Positions 39,020 through 53,384 of a stretch of DNA of 64,000 nucleotides are shown piece after piece (the stretch's first letter is position 1; each line of letters starts with the position of its first letter). Both the position numbers and the translations under genes were made by a program. Under the pieces are notes generated by a model that was not told where the DNA came from, did not search any database, and saw only the letters and a program-made list of their open reading frames with translations. This stretch comes from Epiperipatus broadwayi. Lineage: Eukaryota; Animalia; Onychophora. Location of the stretch: assembly GCA_028023455.1 (NCBI GenBank), contig JAQFVV010000007.1, positions 15,376,001 to 15,440,000 of the forward strand. The letters are read 5' to 3'.

Positions 39020-40940
39020 TATCATCATCATCAACCATTATCAATCCACTGCAGGATGAAGGTTTCTCCAAGTTCAATCCATCTTTTCTATCTTTAGCTT
39101 CTCTTTTCCAGATCACCCCTGCACACTTTCTTATTTCATTCATCCATCTCACATGTGGTCTTTTTCTGGGTCTTTTACAACAATCTCTTGGAATCCAGTT
39201 TAAAATTTCAATTGTCCATCTATTATTATCTCTTCTAGCAACACGTCCAGCCCAACTCCACTTCAGTCTTTTAATTTTTTCAATGAGGTCAGTAACACCT
39301 GTTTGTTCTCTTACCCATACAATGCGTTTTCAATCTCTTCTTGTTACTCCCAACATGCATCTCTCCATACTTTTTTGAGTGGTCTGACATCTCTGTATTG
39401 CTCTTATATTAAGTGTCCAAGTCTCAGATCTATAAGTAAGAACTGGCAAAACACATTTATTAAAAACCTTTCTTTTCAAACACATAGGCATGTTTCCTTT
39501 TAGTATCAAGTTATTTCTACCAAAAGCACTCCAACCAAGTTTAATTCTATGATTAATTTCATCCATTATGTTTCCATCTGTATTAATAATCTGACCAAGG
39601 TATTTGTAACTGTTAACTTCTTTTAACTCATCATAATCAATCTTTATTTTCATATTTTGAGAAAATCTATTAAACATTACTTTAGTCTCTTTAACATTTA
39701 TCTTTAGTCATACTTCCCTACTTTCATCTGATAACTCCTGCAACATTTCCTGTAGCTCTAAAGCATTATTTGCAAAAACAACTACATCATCTGCAAAATC
39801 TAAATGACTTAAATAATCTCCATTTACTTTCACTCCTTTAGCCTCCCATTTTAATCCACAAAATACTTATTGCAGCACTACTGTAAAAAGTTTTGGAGAT
39901 ATGGAGTCACCCTGTCTTACACCTTTTTCAATGTTGATTTTCCTACTATCATTATGTAATCTAATTGTTGCTGTTGCATTTTTATAAATATTCTTTAAAA
40001 TATAACAATATCCTGGCTTGATGATCCAATGCTTTAATCACTGACGAAATGTTTATAGAATCAAATGCCTTTTCATAATCCACAAATCCTAAGCATAATG
40101 GCAACTCATATTCATTTGTCCTTTCTAACTCTCTCAAAAAAATTCTTAAAAACACCTTTTAAAAACCCCTTTTCCCTTTGTGGGGGAAAACAGAGTTTTT
40201 GAGAAAGTTGTAATTATTTAGTAAAAATTTTGTATAAAACTGATAAAAGACTGATAGATCTGTAATTTCTAATATCTTCTTTATCACCTTTTTTAAATAT
40301 TAATATTAATACTGCATTCTTCCAATCATCTGGTACATCTTTATCATTTAGACATTTGGTATATAACTTTGCTAAAAAAAATTCTATTTCTTCACCTACT
40401 TCTTTTAATATATCAATTATAATTCCATCATTACCTGGAGCCTTCCCTTTCTTCATAAATTTAATTGCATGTCTCACTTCCTCATTCAAAATTCTGGGCA
40501 ATTCAGAAGATATAATAGGCATAGGAGGCACTTGTTCTTTATTACTATATAATTCTTGATAGAAGTCTTCTACACATTTCATGATGTCATTTTTCTTTTT
40601 AGTAATAATGCCATCTTTTTTTCTTATTGCAGATATAAATTTCATACCAATACCAAAATGTTGTTTTATGCTCTTTAGACTTTTATTCTCTTCTACAGCT
40701 TTCCTTGCTAGTTCACAATTATACTTTCTTATATCATTTTAACTCTTTTCTGCACCATTTTACAAAATTCGAGATATTCAATCTTTTTTAATGCATCATT
40801 GTTGTATATCCTCATATTCCTTCTTTTCTTCATAAATTCTCTAGTTTTAATAGAAATTTTATTGGTCAATTGCTGCCATTTTCTACCAGCTATCTTTATT
40901 GCAGTTTTTAAAAGTGTATCAGTTATTTTCCTATTAATGT
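39020..40940 (-). mobile_element. RTE-clade LINE, 5'-truncated, inactivated
   Basis: KGKAPGNDG..IDILK, NYRSISLLSVLYKIFTK, FVDYEKAFDSI, KGVRQGDSISPKLF, FADD and YKYLGQ motifs, with an (ATG)n 3' tail. Confidence 0.95.
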
Positions 40941-42854
40941 CATTTAAATATATATCTTCCTATATCGATAGCCTATAAATTTAAAACAGATACAAAGGTT
41001 GTAATTGCAAAACTATTTTACTTATTGTCATTATACAATGAGGCTAGTGTCTATAGGCAAAAAAAGTCAGGTGACTTGCTGTATGGTCATACATATATAT
41101 GTCAATACGGGCATGTAGATTCAGATGTTTGATATTGCTAATTCCCCTGAAGAATGAAAGCTAGCAAAATTCATACATAGTAAGAATGTTGGGAGTTTCT
41201 GTGCTGTGGGTGGTTGTGACATGGTAGAGTTTAGATGAAACATGCATTGAGAAAAACATAAAATCTTGAATATATATATAATCTAAAAAGTGTATGTGTA
41301 TGCATGCACACATCGGTAAAATCAATACATTTTTCAAATGGTAAGAACGGTGTTATTTCTACACAATAAATACTATATAGTTTTATATCATGAAGTTATT
41401 TCATTGGAAACAATTGTTTTCCATGGTTGGGTTTACTTCATTATGCTAACCTGTGGTTGTTCCTATGGATATATAAATTATTTAATCCATGTTCAGTTTT
41501 TAAAAAAAATTATTTTCCATGCCTAATTTTCTTCTTTATTTCTGGTCTTAGGATTAGTCTTATTATGAATAGCTGCCTTGATGATACTTATTATGTATAT
41601 AAATGGTGAAATAAACGTCCGAGTATTACTAAATGTATATTCTTTTTTTTTTAAAGGCTTCAAAATAGTTTCGGCAAATCTGACATGAGTTGGAAGTTAT
41701 TAATGTTGGCTTTTTATTGAAAGTAAATGAATTATTAATGCTGAGATTAAAAATCCTGTCTTCAGGCTTTTCTTTCTTTTTTGGAAGTTGATTTAGGTTT
41801 TGGCTTAATGGCAAAGTACATTTTTTCTAACTCAGTGGAATAATGTTGCTGTTGTACAACAGGTTCACCGTCTTTGCCTGTATTTGAATAAGAATTGAGA
41901 TAGTAACACACCCAATCACTCCATCAGAATGTATGGACCAGCAGATTCTGGTCGAACAGCAGACGGGCAGGAGGGAGTGGGGAGGATTAGTAATGCCAAC
42001 TTTTTTTTCAAGCTAAGTTCATTATAATATGTAGGGGTGATAGGTCAATGCTGTTTAATGCTTTACAGTATTCGTTTATATTAAACACAATTTGGAGACC
42101 CGAGACTGCAATAGTGTTTTTTAAATAAAAATAAAATGAATAATACTCATTGTTAATACACTATTACTTTAATAATTTGGTATGTGTGAGTGTGTATAAA
42201 TATATGATTAGATAATGTATCTTAAAGCATGTGTGAGTCCTTGAAATTTGTGATCTAGGTCTAAAATTTGAGATGCTAGGAATGGTAAATCTTGGCAAAT
42301 GACCACTGATGATATTCTAGTACTCCATTATCCCTTTAACTCAACCTGACTTTGAGCACAAAACTTAGAGGTTGTGACATCTAGAGACTGATGATGTCAT
42401 AGGGCTATATCTATAATTTTTTAAATTCTAATAAAAATTAGCAGCAATCTTATTGGCAGATGCAGCCTTATTGGTTATTTTAATATTTTGTAAGGGCATC
42501 CTTTTAAATAGCTTGGAAGTATGTGTTCCAGATTCTTGGCTAATTTTTTTCTAGAGACTTAAGGCTTTCTGATGCAATATAAGACCATGAAGCAGACTAT
42601 TTCTACATTCATATCATTTAACCTGTTTTAATCAAAAAATTATCCATTATTTTAATTATAACATTAGCTGTTTCAGGAGCACAAGTGACAATGGCCCAAA
42701 TATGCTTCTCTTTTTATAATTTTTCTGACTGATGACTCATTCTTTTGAATCATGTGACCCACTTCAGCATAAGACTTCTTATCTTATATTTAAATAAGTA
42801 ATTTTTATTCTTCTGCAAATTTATCACTTATTATAAGAATCTGAAATGAGCTGG

Positions 42855-43068
42855 GATGGACAAGAGATGATAATAGATGGACAGTTGAAATCTTAAATGG
42901 GATTCCAAGAGATTGTAAAAGACCCAGAAAGAGACCACATGTGATATATATGGATGAAATAATAGAGTGTGCAGGGGTGATGTGTAGAAAACCGGAGAAG
43001 ATGGATTGAACTTAAAGAGACCTTCATCCTGCAATGGATTGATAATGGTTTACAATGATGATGATGAT
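42855..43068 (+). mobile_element. RTE-type LINE 3' fragment (plus orientation)
   Basis: Ends GACCTTCATCCTGCAATGGATTGATAATGG...GATGATGATGAT, the reverse complement of the 39020 tail. Confidence 0.85.
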
Positions 43069-43889
43069 ACACTAAAACATTTTACTAAAGTTATTGTGTG
43101 CTAATATGTATATATAAAAGTTTTTGAGAAAAAACAATTGTAAAGAAAAAATTCTGTATATTACCATCATAGTAAGAAAAACAAGTCATGCATCATGTGG
43201 TTATTAGCATTCTCATTATATTATATGCTTACAGTTACAATACTGAATTGTACTTAAATTGTGTGTGTGGGGGAGGGGGGTGCAGTATACATATTTGAAA
43301 TTTGATAACATTATATTTAGTGAGGTACTCCCTGTAATGAGATTCATAAAAATTATGAAGTTTGTAAATTTCAATTGTTTTTTTGTTTGTTTTTATGGAT
43401 TTTTTTGGATAGTGTATAATCATGTATATCAATACAATTAATGTTGCAGCTTTACTATAATATCATTACAAATTGTGTAAAGAAAAGTTCAAATTCACAC
43501 CACCCTATAAAACAAACTTGATTTTAAAATTTTTATAACATAGATTCCAAGATGTTATTGAATTCTGAAAAACATTTTACTATGTAACCGTATTGGTATA
43601 TTAAGTTAACTAATACTGATAAGATGAATCAATGTGATTTGCTTAATCTAGGGACAATAGCTTTGCAGGAAATATTTTGTGGATTAAACTGACTTAGGCC
43701 ATTTGAATTTTGAAGTTAGTGGGATAATTTTCGCACCAATGTATCAAAGTTTCAAAAAAGTTCACTAGAGTTTAAATGACAGCAAAGGAAGTGATTATAA
43801 ATGCCAAAAATACTAATATAAATTCAGATTGTTTTCAAAATGAGCTAATAGATGAAACACACAGGCTTATATATACCTGTGTCTATATA

Positions 43890-44095
43890 TGTAATAGACA
43901 GGGTATGAGTACAGACTTTCACATGACCCACCACTCTCCACACTATCTCATAACACTGATACACCTGAACACACATATGTCGAAAAGATAAATAATCACC
44001 AATATACGTATTTCATGCTAAACTAGCAATCATCAGTTGGTCCAGATTACCATCTCCACACATATATGCTACAAGTGCTCAGATATATATTAAGA
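43890..44095 (-). repeat. F1-related repeat copy (reverse), closest to 53065
   Basis: Its reverse complement GCACTTGTAGCATATATGTGTGGAGATGGTAATCTGGACCAACTGATG...TATCTTTTCGACAT aligns with 53065-53190. Confidence 0.7.
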
Positions 44096-47000
44096 TAGAA
44101 AATCCTCCTACTTTAATGGACAGGCTTCAATGCACTCCACACTCCAACTCTTCAACTGTCCATCCAATTGAAAATCTGATGATGGAATGCTCAAAGGCCA
44201 CCCTTAGGCTGAGATTGTTGTCACACCCATGTTGACCTAAAGGTCAATCTGACCCCTCATGTACAGGACATAATCCATTAAATACACATACAAGGGATAG
44301 GCAGACATCTCTAATATGTAATAGATGAGCTAATATAAATAATTCAAGCAAATTATCATTGTAGGTAGCTATATAATTAGAGATATAATTAATTACAGAG
44401 TTAAATTAAGGTAAAGTGATTTTTGTCGAAATAAGTATTAAAAAAAAAACAGTGAATACAAACGATCACTGCTTTGTTCTGAATCTTTAATAGAACATGA
44501 ATCTAGAATATGCAAACAATTCACTGAAATATGAAATACAATGAATAGATGGTAAAATAAACAAACACCTTTGTCACCAAAGTAAAAATTAAAGGACTGG
44601 AAAAGAGCTGAACATGAAGCTTCAGTGCAAAGCATGTGGGACTTTATGTTTATATACATGATAATCTCTAGCCTGCATGATGCATAATAAACCATTGATA
44701 TATTTATCTAAACTGGATGGTATCAAACGTGTGGGATCAGAAAGTTTGACACTTGTAGATAATATTGTAGCAATGTATAATTGCTTGATTATTGTCTGGA
44801 TGAGCGAGCATATTAGTTTTTTATTCAATTGACTAAATTGAATTTTTTTTTTTACTTTTCAGAATCAGTTCAATAATTATTTAGCTATTAGATCTTTCAC
44901 TATGCTAAATCACACAGCCATTAAAATTTGTGATGTTCCTATAAACATTGAAGTCTCAAATAAATTATGCTAAAAAGATAATAAACAATAACATGTGTTA
45001 ATAAAGTTATCGCGTGTACCTATTAGCGACTGTTAGCTAATTCTGCCTAACCGTGTAGAAGACTGCATCTTGCTATAAATTGTCATGTGATTTCCTTTTA
45101 CGCCACTTGATAATCTCACTTAAAAACAAGCTGTGGATATTTATTCTTTTTTGATTTGAATAGAATTTTAGTATCAAATACACATTTGTGAATTTTCTAT
45201 TTTACACATTCAATACAAAATTATTTATGTTTAATTAAGAAAAGCCCTAAAATACTGCATAAACAAAAGCAGTTAATCCCTGTTGGTAGACATCCGAAAT
45301 GTCTAAGCTAAAATCAGGCGGCTTTAGTTTAACAGTTGTAGAAAAAAAAAGATTTATCTAATATATATATATATTATTGCATAAAATTTCAATGATTTAA
45401 AAATATGTAATTTTTTGCATTATCTGGCTGTGACTTATTTAAAAGATGGAAATGTTTTTACTTTTTTCTCAAGTCAGATATTTTGAAAATACATTTTTCT
45501 CTTCTCTGAATTGTATACAAAATATATTGTTGCCCTAGGCTCTAAGATTATTTATTTCCTTTTTATGATATACTGTTTTGGTATGTAGTATAATTTGATA
45601 AATCTTTTATTATTATTTTTTTCCTTCTTAGTTTTAATCTTTTACATAAGGAATTTGTTTCCTGGAAATCTAACTTTTCGCTTTGATATGACGAATATTT
45701 TCTTTTAAATGCAAATAGTAATTTTGGATTTGATAAAACTACGAAGAAAAATGTGTTTACTGCTTTAAATCAAAGTAAATTTTAATGATTTTTTTTTATA
45801 TATATATCTGATTGAATTGTGTGTGTGTTTTTTTTAATGAATGTCTAAAATATGTGTGTAGATGAATATATGCTTTCACACATTTGTGTATATAAAGATT
45901 TGGAATTTTAAAAAAAAAGCTAAATGAAAATAAAAAAAGCAATCAAAGTTATTAGTATTTCAGTACAATTTAATGAAGGAAAGGAGAATATTTTAGAACA
46001 AGTTATTAAGACGTTGATAATTTTAGATGGATTATATAAGAATAAGAGATTGAGAGATACAGCGGGGTTAATGAAGTTTATTGTTGAAATAGATGCAAAA
46101 TCGTGGAGAAATAATATATTGTTTTTATTAAGTAAAGATATAAAAATTGAATGGTTTATTGATCTGAAATTAATATAAAGTCCATATGAAATTTAAACAC
46201 CAGAGGTGACGATTTGAGTTGTGATCCGTGGACTCGAGTTTCAAATTATGCCTCTCTGTCTCAGCCATGGATTATACAGGACTTTGTTTTTATTATTTTT
46301 AAGAGAATGAATTGAATTATTCATATGGATGATTTGAAGCTAGAATGTAAAGAAAAACTACTTATGAATATGTATTTTAGATTTTACATAATAGATGGTA
46401 AAGATGACTTGAGTACCAAAGTAGATTCGATGCACTTTTTGATAATATATGAAATTTTCTCAGGTTGTATGAGAAAATAAGCAATCTTCATTTAGACAAT
46501 ATTTCTATCACAAGTTCATTTATAAATGTCCATTTTTCTGCACCACAGTTTTGATACAATATGGCAAATGCATTAATGATTAGTACTAATCACTTATTAG
46601 ACAATAAATTATTCTTAGCCCAGATATAAATGTTAAACTCAGTTAAAGACTGCATTGTGAAGTCATTAGTGGACAATATCAGAAATTATTGCCTTTGATG
46701 GTTTAATGTAATGATGACAATAGCAGGCTCAGGAGTGAAAGTTTCTCACTCCAATGGAATATGTTCACATCCAACTTTTACACTCAAATATCATTGACCT
46801 ATTGGGTACCTAACTGCACAAATGTGGTTAATATTACAGCAATTAGTAGGTTGTCCAAGGCTCAATTTACATTCCACTTTAAATTTTTTTTTTGATGATT
46901 TTGATTGTGAGCTATATATATATATTTAATCTATAAAGGGAAGAGGTGCATGATAAAGCTTGCTGACCACTGCCATAATAATGCAAGACATAATTGTCTA

Positions 47001-48096
47001 CAATCCATGATTTATTTACTATTTATTTACAACTGGGAATGTATAGTGTAATAAGTGGATTACTACCTAAAAGTAAAATCTTCAAAAAATGCTCATGTTT
47101 TCCTGGCTCAAACTCCAGATCATGGATATAAAATGGAAATATGTGAATCCTCATTTTAGAAAGCTTTTTGTTTATGATTAAAACATAAAAATTTCTTTTC
47201 ATAGAAGGTTTATTCAATTTTAAGCTGTCTTTGGGTAGTCTGCTGTTTTTGTGAAACAGAACTATATCTCTCACTTTGTGTTCTTGCATTTCTGTGGGCA
47301 GTATTTATATTGCTTTTGTTAGCTGAAAGATCGTTTTTTAAGTTCACACTTTTAATCTTAAATAAATTAATAGATAGCAGCTACAATCAGGGGGAAAATA
47401 TGATAATGCAACCTTGAAAAATAAGTTGTTTTTTTTTTGACAGTTTCTTCCAATTGTATGAACTCATTTTTATTCTTCCTGCAATTTTTTTGCTAAAATT
47501 TGATATAAAAAAAGCAAATAAATTGTATGTATCAAGGTATTGAGAATTTATTATTTGTAATGTTTATGTAAAATAAACGAATGATTTATTGCACTTTTTT
47601 TTAAAATATTGTTTAAGATATATGTAGTAAAATGCGATGATATATATATTTTAGAAATATATAGTAAAAATATGATATATATATATTAAAAACACATCCT
47701 TAAAAATACAAAACAGACACGGAACTAACACATACATATACAAAAAATCAGCGTTAGAGGAAATTGCCATATTAAAAAATTGCAAAAAGGTTAAAAAATA
47801 AAAATATATTTCAGTGACTGTGCTAGGCTATCATGCTAATGAATTTGAGTTCAAAATGATCTGGAAATTTTTTGTAGAACTGTAAAGTTTTGAAATAAGC
47901 TTAAGACTTGTTCAGATATTATTCCATAGCCAACTTACCTAGCTGTCTCTTAGAACTAAAGAAATGAAGAAAATACAACTTCCATTATCTAAAGTTATCA
48001 ATAAACAAATCTGGTTTGATGCAGTGATAGATTCTGGAGCTTAAGGTTCATAGATTGAAGCCCACGCTTAACTTTTTATGACTGGTTTAAAATATG

Positions 48097-48273
48097 CTCT
48101 CCGCTATTTTGGTTTTTAAGGGGAGCCCCAAAATCACCATTGACACAAATGAGCACAAAAGTCATAATACCACATGCCATTGGAACAAAGTATTCGTTAT
48201 TTTGTCCATTACAGTTGAAAAGTGTGCCAGTACTGGTTTTAGAGTCCCCCTTAGAAACCAAAATGGCGGAGAG
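48097..48273. mobile_element. MITE-like element with 27-bp terminal inverted repeats
   Basis: CTCTCCGCTATTTTGGTTTTTAAGGGG vs CCCCTTAGAAACCAAAATGGCGGAGAG, 2 mismatches. Confidence 0.8.
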
Positions 48274-50550
48274 TGCTTTCTAAATTACAGTAATATCCGT
48301 TTTTCTTTATCTATTTTTAGATGTCTTGTTTTTTACTATTTGTTTATTATTTTTTTACAAGTTTTATATTGGATAGAACTGTTGCTGGCAACAATGAAAT
48401 AATTCTATGATCAGTGACTTTCAAGCACCAAAATATTTTTTGTTGATGACAGTCATGTCGACAGCAAAACATTATTTCAAACTGTTAGTAAGAAATTACA
48501 ATAACTCCCCGATGTACATGTTGAACATTTTAGGGACTGAATGCCATTCTTAGAATTACCAGGAATTGACATCAAACCATTGATAAATAGTAAAAAAAAA
48601 ATGTAGAAATATTAACTTGTTCAATATTTTTATTATTATTAAGCTTTAGTTTTACCTTTTTATCCCTCTTTTTTTTTATTTTGAATGTTTTGACTTTAAT
48701 TAATTTAACAGTGAAATAACTTCTTATCTAGGGCTACCACACCCATATTATAAGGTCAGTGTATTACTAAAAGAATAATTTGGAAACATTCCAGAGCAGT
48801 ATAGTTGTGGTCTCAAATTTCCGTTATCACTGTTTTTGTTGTTTGAACTACTGAAAGCTGATTTATTTTATTCGTTGTGAAAAACTTTAATTGACTATTT
48901 ACCTGACTCTCATGGGGGAAAGTTTTTGAGAGATTGTTTTTTTTTTTTTGAAAGGACTATTATATATATTTTTATTCTTAATCGACATCAAAAATTCTAG
49001 GAATGTAATGAATTAATATTGTTTTTATTTTTATTATCACTATTATGTAAAGAGTCAATAGTGTGTTAGTAGAAAATTTCTTATCTCATGTATCCATATT
49101 AAATGCAGTATGTGTGTAATGATTTTTTCCATCATCATCATCAGTAGCAGTTACTCGCAAATGAGTACAACCATAGGAGATGAATTTTACAGTGGCTATC
49201 CAAATTTATGTGCAAGCCACAAATACTACATATAAAACGCATTACTCCATTACTCTGTTTTAAAAAAAATCAAGTAGCTTTATTGTTTGGGAGTTCATTA
49301 GAAGTTCGAGCATTAGAAATAAAAAAATATCTGGATCCATTGACCTTGAACTCCAGACTCTGTTGCTATGATTGTCCAAAACATCCAGATCATTTTGTGA
49401 TCCCACCTTTTAACTTCTAAGGTAAACTTTTTCTATGGTAAACTTTTCTTCCTAAAAAACTTGAACACTATATCTAATTGGAGCTTTCTAATTCAACTAT
49501 TACTTATTTATTGGAAAAATGTATAGTATTTTCATATGGGAGAGCAATTGTAATGTCACATGTTTATAGAAAACAAGCATAACCCACTGATAATGTTTTC
49601 TCTGGAATTTCACCACTGAAAAGCAGCAAGAAAGGAGTGATTGCACATTATGCTAGATAACTACTGGTTGATGAACATTGTTGCATTTTTTTTTGTTCAC
49701 TTTCTAAGATTAACTAAATACTCATTTAACAACAATTAATCATGTGACAAAAAGAATAACAATAATTCATAGATTAATAACTGTGAAAGTCTTCATAATC
49801 TGATGGTAGTATATCTATCTGCTACGCATACAAAATGGGCAAAAAAGTGAGCTTTGGATTTGCTTTCAGACAGATGACTTATAATTAAGCCAACTAATAA
49901 TCTAATAACGGTTTGTAAATAGATATCTTATTCATCTTGACTAGAGAATAAGACAAGGATGAAAGAACACTTGAACTATTACTAACCAAAAATTGATAGT
50001 CCTTATAAGTACTAGCCTCTTCATCAGTGTTCTTTTATAAGGAGCATTTAGAGACATTTTGTTTTGTTTTGCTGCTTTATCATTATTTGGATAACTATTA
50101 GGTGACTGTGGACTAACTGCCTGAAAAAAATCCCTAGATGACCTGGAAATCTCAAATTTGTATGCTGTGATAAAGAGAGAATGAAATGGCATATATTCCA
50201 CCCCTAATAATTTTAATGAAGGATGAAATATGGTGAATGTCTTTTGGTTATTACTCTCCTTTTGGCCACAATGTATACTTGTTTCAGTTGTTTATGCATT
50301 CTGGTTTTTTTTTTAAATTTTTTTTTTTTATCAATCTGAGCTTTATTGCAGTTGTCATTGAATGCTCTTGTCTGCAACTGATGTTTTTGTATTTTTCACA
50401 ACTAGTTGTAACTCTGAAATACTCATCATAGATGTTAATAACCAATCAATTTCATTTCTCATGACCCTGCTAACATTTTCCCCCATTCATTTAATGAATT
50501 AAAACAAGATTTTATGTTCATCAGCAAGTTCCTTTTATATTCAGCCCTAT

Positions 50551-50654
50551 TGCTAAGTTTATTTAAATTTTGCAGTTATTTCAGATTTTCATCATTTGCT
50601 GCTGCTAAGTTTATTTAAATTTTTCAGTTATTTCAGATTTTCATCATTTGCTAC
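50551..50654. repeat. 52-bp tandem duplication
   Basis: TGCTAAGTTTATTTAAATTTT(G/T)CAGTTATTTCAGATTTTCATCATTTGCT occurs at 50551 and 50603. Confidence 0.9.
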
Positions 50655-50989
50655 TTATTTTTCTACATTTTCTTTAATTTTAACAAAGTTATGAATCTTG
50701 TATCAAAATGAAAATTCCATCTGTCAACCCTAACCAATTTCTTCATCTTTTTACCATCAATATTAAAATGATAAATTATATTGTTTTCACCTGCACTAAT
50801 TTTATGATATTAGCAAAATTTATACATTTAAAAAAATATGAATACTATCACTGTTATCATTATATGGGGATACCAGTAACATATTTTCACATTAAATGAC
50901 TGGAGGTTGCATAGATGCAATAGGATACCTTTAGTTTTCAAGCTTTCTTGGATTTCTCTTTTGTCTTTCCATCAGTTCCCACCACCATT

Positions 50990-51700
50990 TCCACACACTT
51001 GTATGAAAAGAAAATAGTATTTGCAACCAATCATGGCAGAAACACAAAACATGAAGTTATGCTACCACTAAGGAATACAGCATGAAAAAGTGTGTTCAGA
51101 AATCAATGATTTTGAAAAATAATAGCCTATATAGAACAAATTCTATTGAAGAATGGTTATCCACTAGCTGTCATTAAGAAAACCTTAAATGCAGTGTATC
51201 CATACATACCAGGTATAGCAGATAATATAAAAAAAATATTATAATCAATATTACATTAGAACAGTTTTCCAAAGCTATAGCAAACTGAAAAATTCCTATC
51301 CACAAAAATTAAACATGAAATTTTGAAAAATAAAAACTGCATTTATCAAATATCATATGCATGTGGAAAGATTTATATTGGGAAATCAGGTTCTCCATGG
51401 AAAAGCAATTAAAAGAACACAAACTGATGTTGAAAAGGGAAAAAAATCATCTCTGAAAATAGATCATGCATATATATATACAAATGAACATATGTTCAAT
51501 TGGGAAGAGACAAAAATATTAGATAAAAAGAAGAAAAAGTACAGAGTAGAAAAAATAAAGAAATTGCTCACATGATAATGACAAATAACACTCCATAAGT
51601 CAACTTAGTGTGATAATTCACAATATTTGGAAACCACCCATTAACCTTGCCTTTAAGAAAAAATGGAGAAATCAGGAGGATCTTCATAGATACGTATACG
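50990..51700 (+). mobile_element. Penelope-like element 3' relic with GIY-YIG endonuclease
   Basis: Frameshifted LLKNGYP, KNCIYQI..ACGKIYIG and DHAYIYTNEHMFNWEETKILDK..KYRV.KIK, which are Penelope thumb and GIY-YIG motifs. Confidence 0.75.
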
Positions 51701-53064
51701 AAATTTTAAATGACTGTTATCTTTGACAAAATAGCCTAGTTTCCTAGAGCTTCACTTTAAATTCAGTCTATGTGAGTTTTAAAGTTTGTTTTGATTCCCA
51801 TACCAGTAGTCACTAGTCAAGTCAACAACTGAATAAGAAAGAATAATACTAATTGAAATGTGTTATATATTAACAGTTGAATGTATTTGAAAAGTTTGAA
51901 TTAAAAAAAAAATCATTTAACAATATTAAATGGTAGACAAAATCCAACATAATTAATACCCTATATATTTTGTCAATATATCAATCAAAAATACTGTTTT
52001 CTGAAGTGTGGTGTATATTAAAACTTTTAACTATATTTCTACATAAGCTTCCCAAAATATATCTTTCTCTATACTTTGCTTCTCCAAATTGGCATTCAAC
52101 TTTCTATAGCTGTAACAACTTTTTGAACTTGAAAGCTTTTTTTTATTTTTAAATGGAGATACAATTAACTATTCTCAAAAATCTGCACAGTTCATTATCT
52201 AAAATATTTGACTTATTTTATGTGGCCATTTTTTCACCCAATTGTTTGATTGATAGAGATAACATTATCAATGTCAAAAATTTCTTGAGAATTTTATTTG
52301 TGAAAAAGAAAAAAAAGTGTTTTAGATTGTTTAATGAAGGCAATTGAGGTAAGTGGATGACAAGGTACCACATTTAAGTGATAGCACTTTATCAGTTGCC
52401 CCGTTTACCACCCTTTTAGTATAATTGTCTCTAGCATCTCAACTGAGCTACATTATAAACTTTAAGAAGCATTTACATTAACATATAGGTAAACAGAAAT
52501 AAAGCAATTGTTAAATAATTCATTACTTATAGACCTGGCCACTTGCCAGGTGGTGAAGGTTTGAGCAATTTTCCCCCAATAGCTAGATACCCATTTACTG
52601 ATCAATTTTGGGTGGCTGGCTAACAAAAAATAGGGATATTTGTTTTATACAAACAAAAATTAAATAATTATTAGTATGAACATGTATAATAAAAGTTATC
52701 TGTAATAATCTAATAAAAAAATTATTTGAATAATTTCAATTTCTTATTCCAAAGTTTGACAGCCTCCCACTTTGCTGGACTGCACATTGTAAAAACATAA
52801 ACTAGGATAGATAATTAATAAAAAACAAATCGGCTAACAATAGGCATATGATTTGTTGTTATCATAAATAGAAAACAAACCATTGCCCTCAAATGATTCA
52901 CACTTATAATATAACTAAGAGCATTAAAATATACCCCTGCTTAGTGTCAAACCTATTATGATTTATCTATTAAATGTTAGCATGTTGATTTTATAGAGTG
53001 AGAGGACATGATGTCACTGGGCAAAGAAATGTATATGATAAGATAAATAAGTCAAGCACTGATT

Positions 53065-53240
53065 GTATATATGTGTGGGAGATTATGATCTGGCCCAATT
53101 GATGAGTGCTTGTTCTGCACAAAATACATATATTGGAGATCAATTATCTTTTTCACATGTGATGGTGATGTGTATCAGTTGTTTGAGATGGTGTGAACGA
53201 TAAATGTAGACTGAAAATCCTAAGTTCAAATCCCTTTATT
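53065..53240 (+). repeat. F1-related repeat copy ending in A-box/B-box-like motifs
   Basis: F1 body followed by TGGTGTGAACGG...AGTTCAAATCC. Confidence 0.65.
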
Positions 53241-53384
53241 TACTATAGTAAACATTCATTATAGTGAATGAATTAGTTAATTATAATTGTGTTGAGTTTT
53301 CTTATCTGAGCATTGATATGAAAGGTTGGCTAATTATTTATATTGTTATGTGTTAATTACCCACTTTGCTAAAGAATAAAGTAC

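Noticed and set aside
49941-50201. 86-aa minus ORF
   Set aside because: No recognisable homology, and the protein-like stretches switch frames. Probably chance or a decayed repeat.
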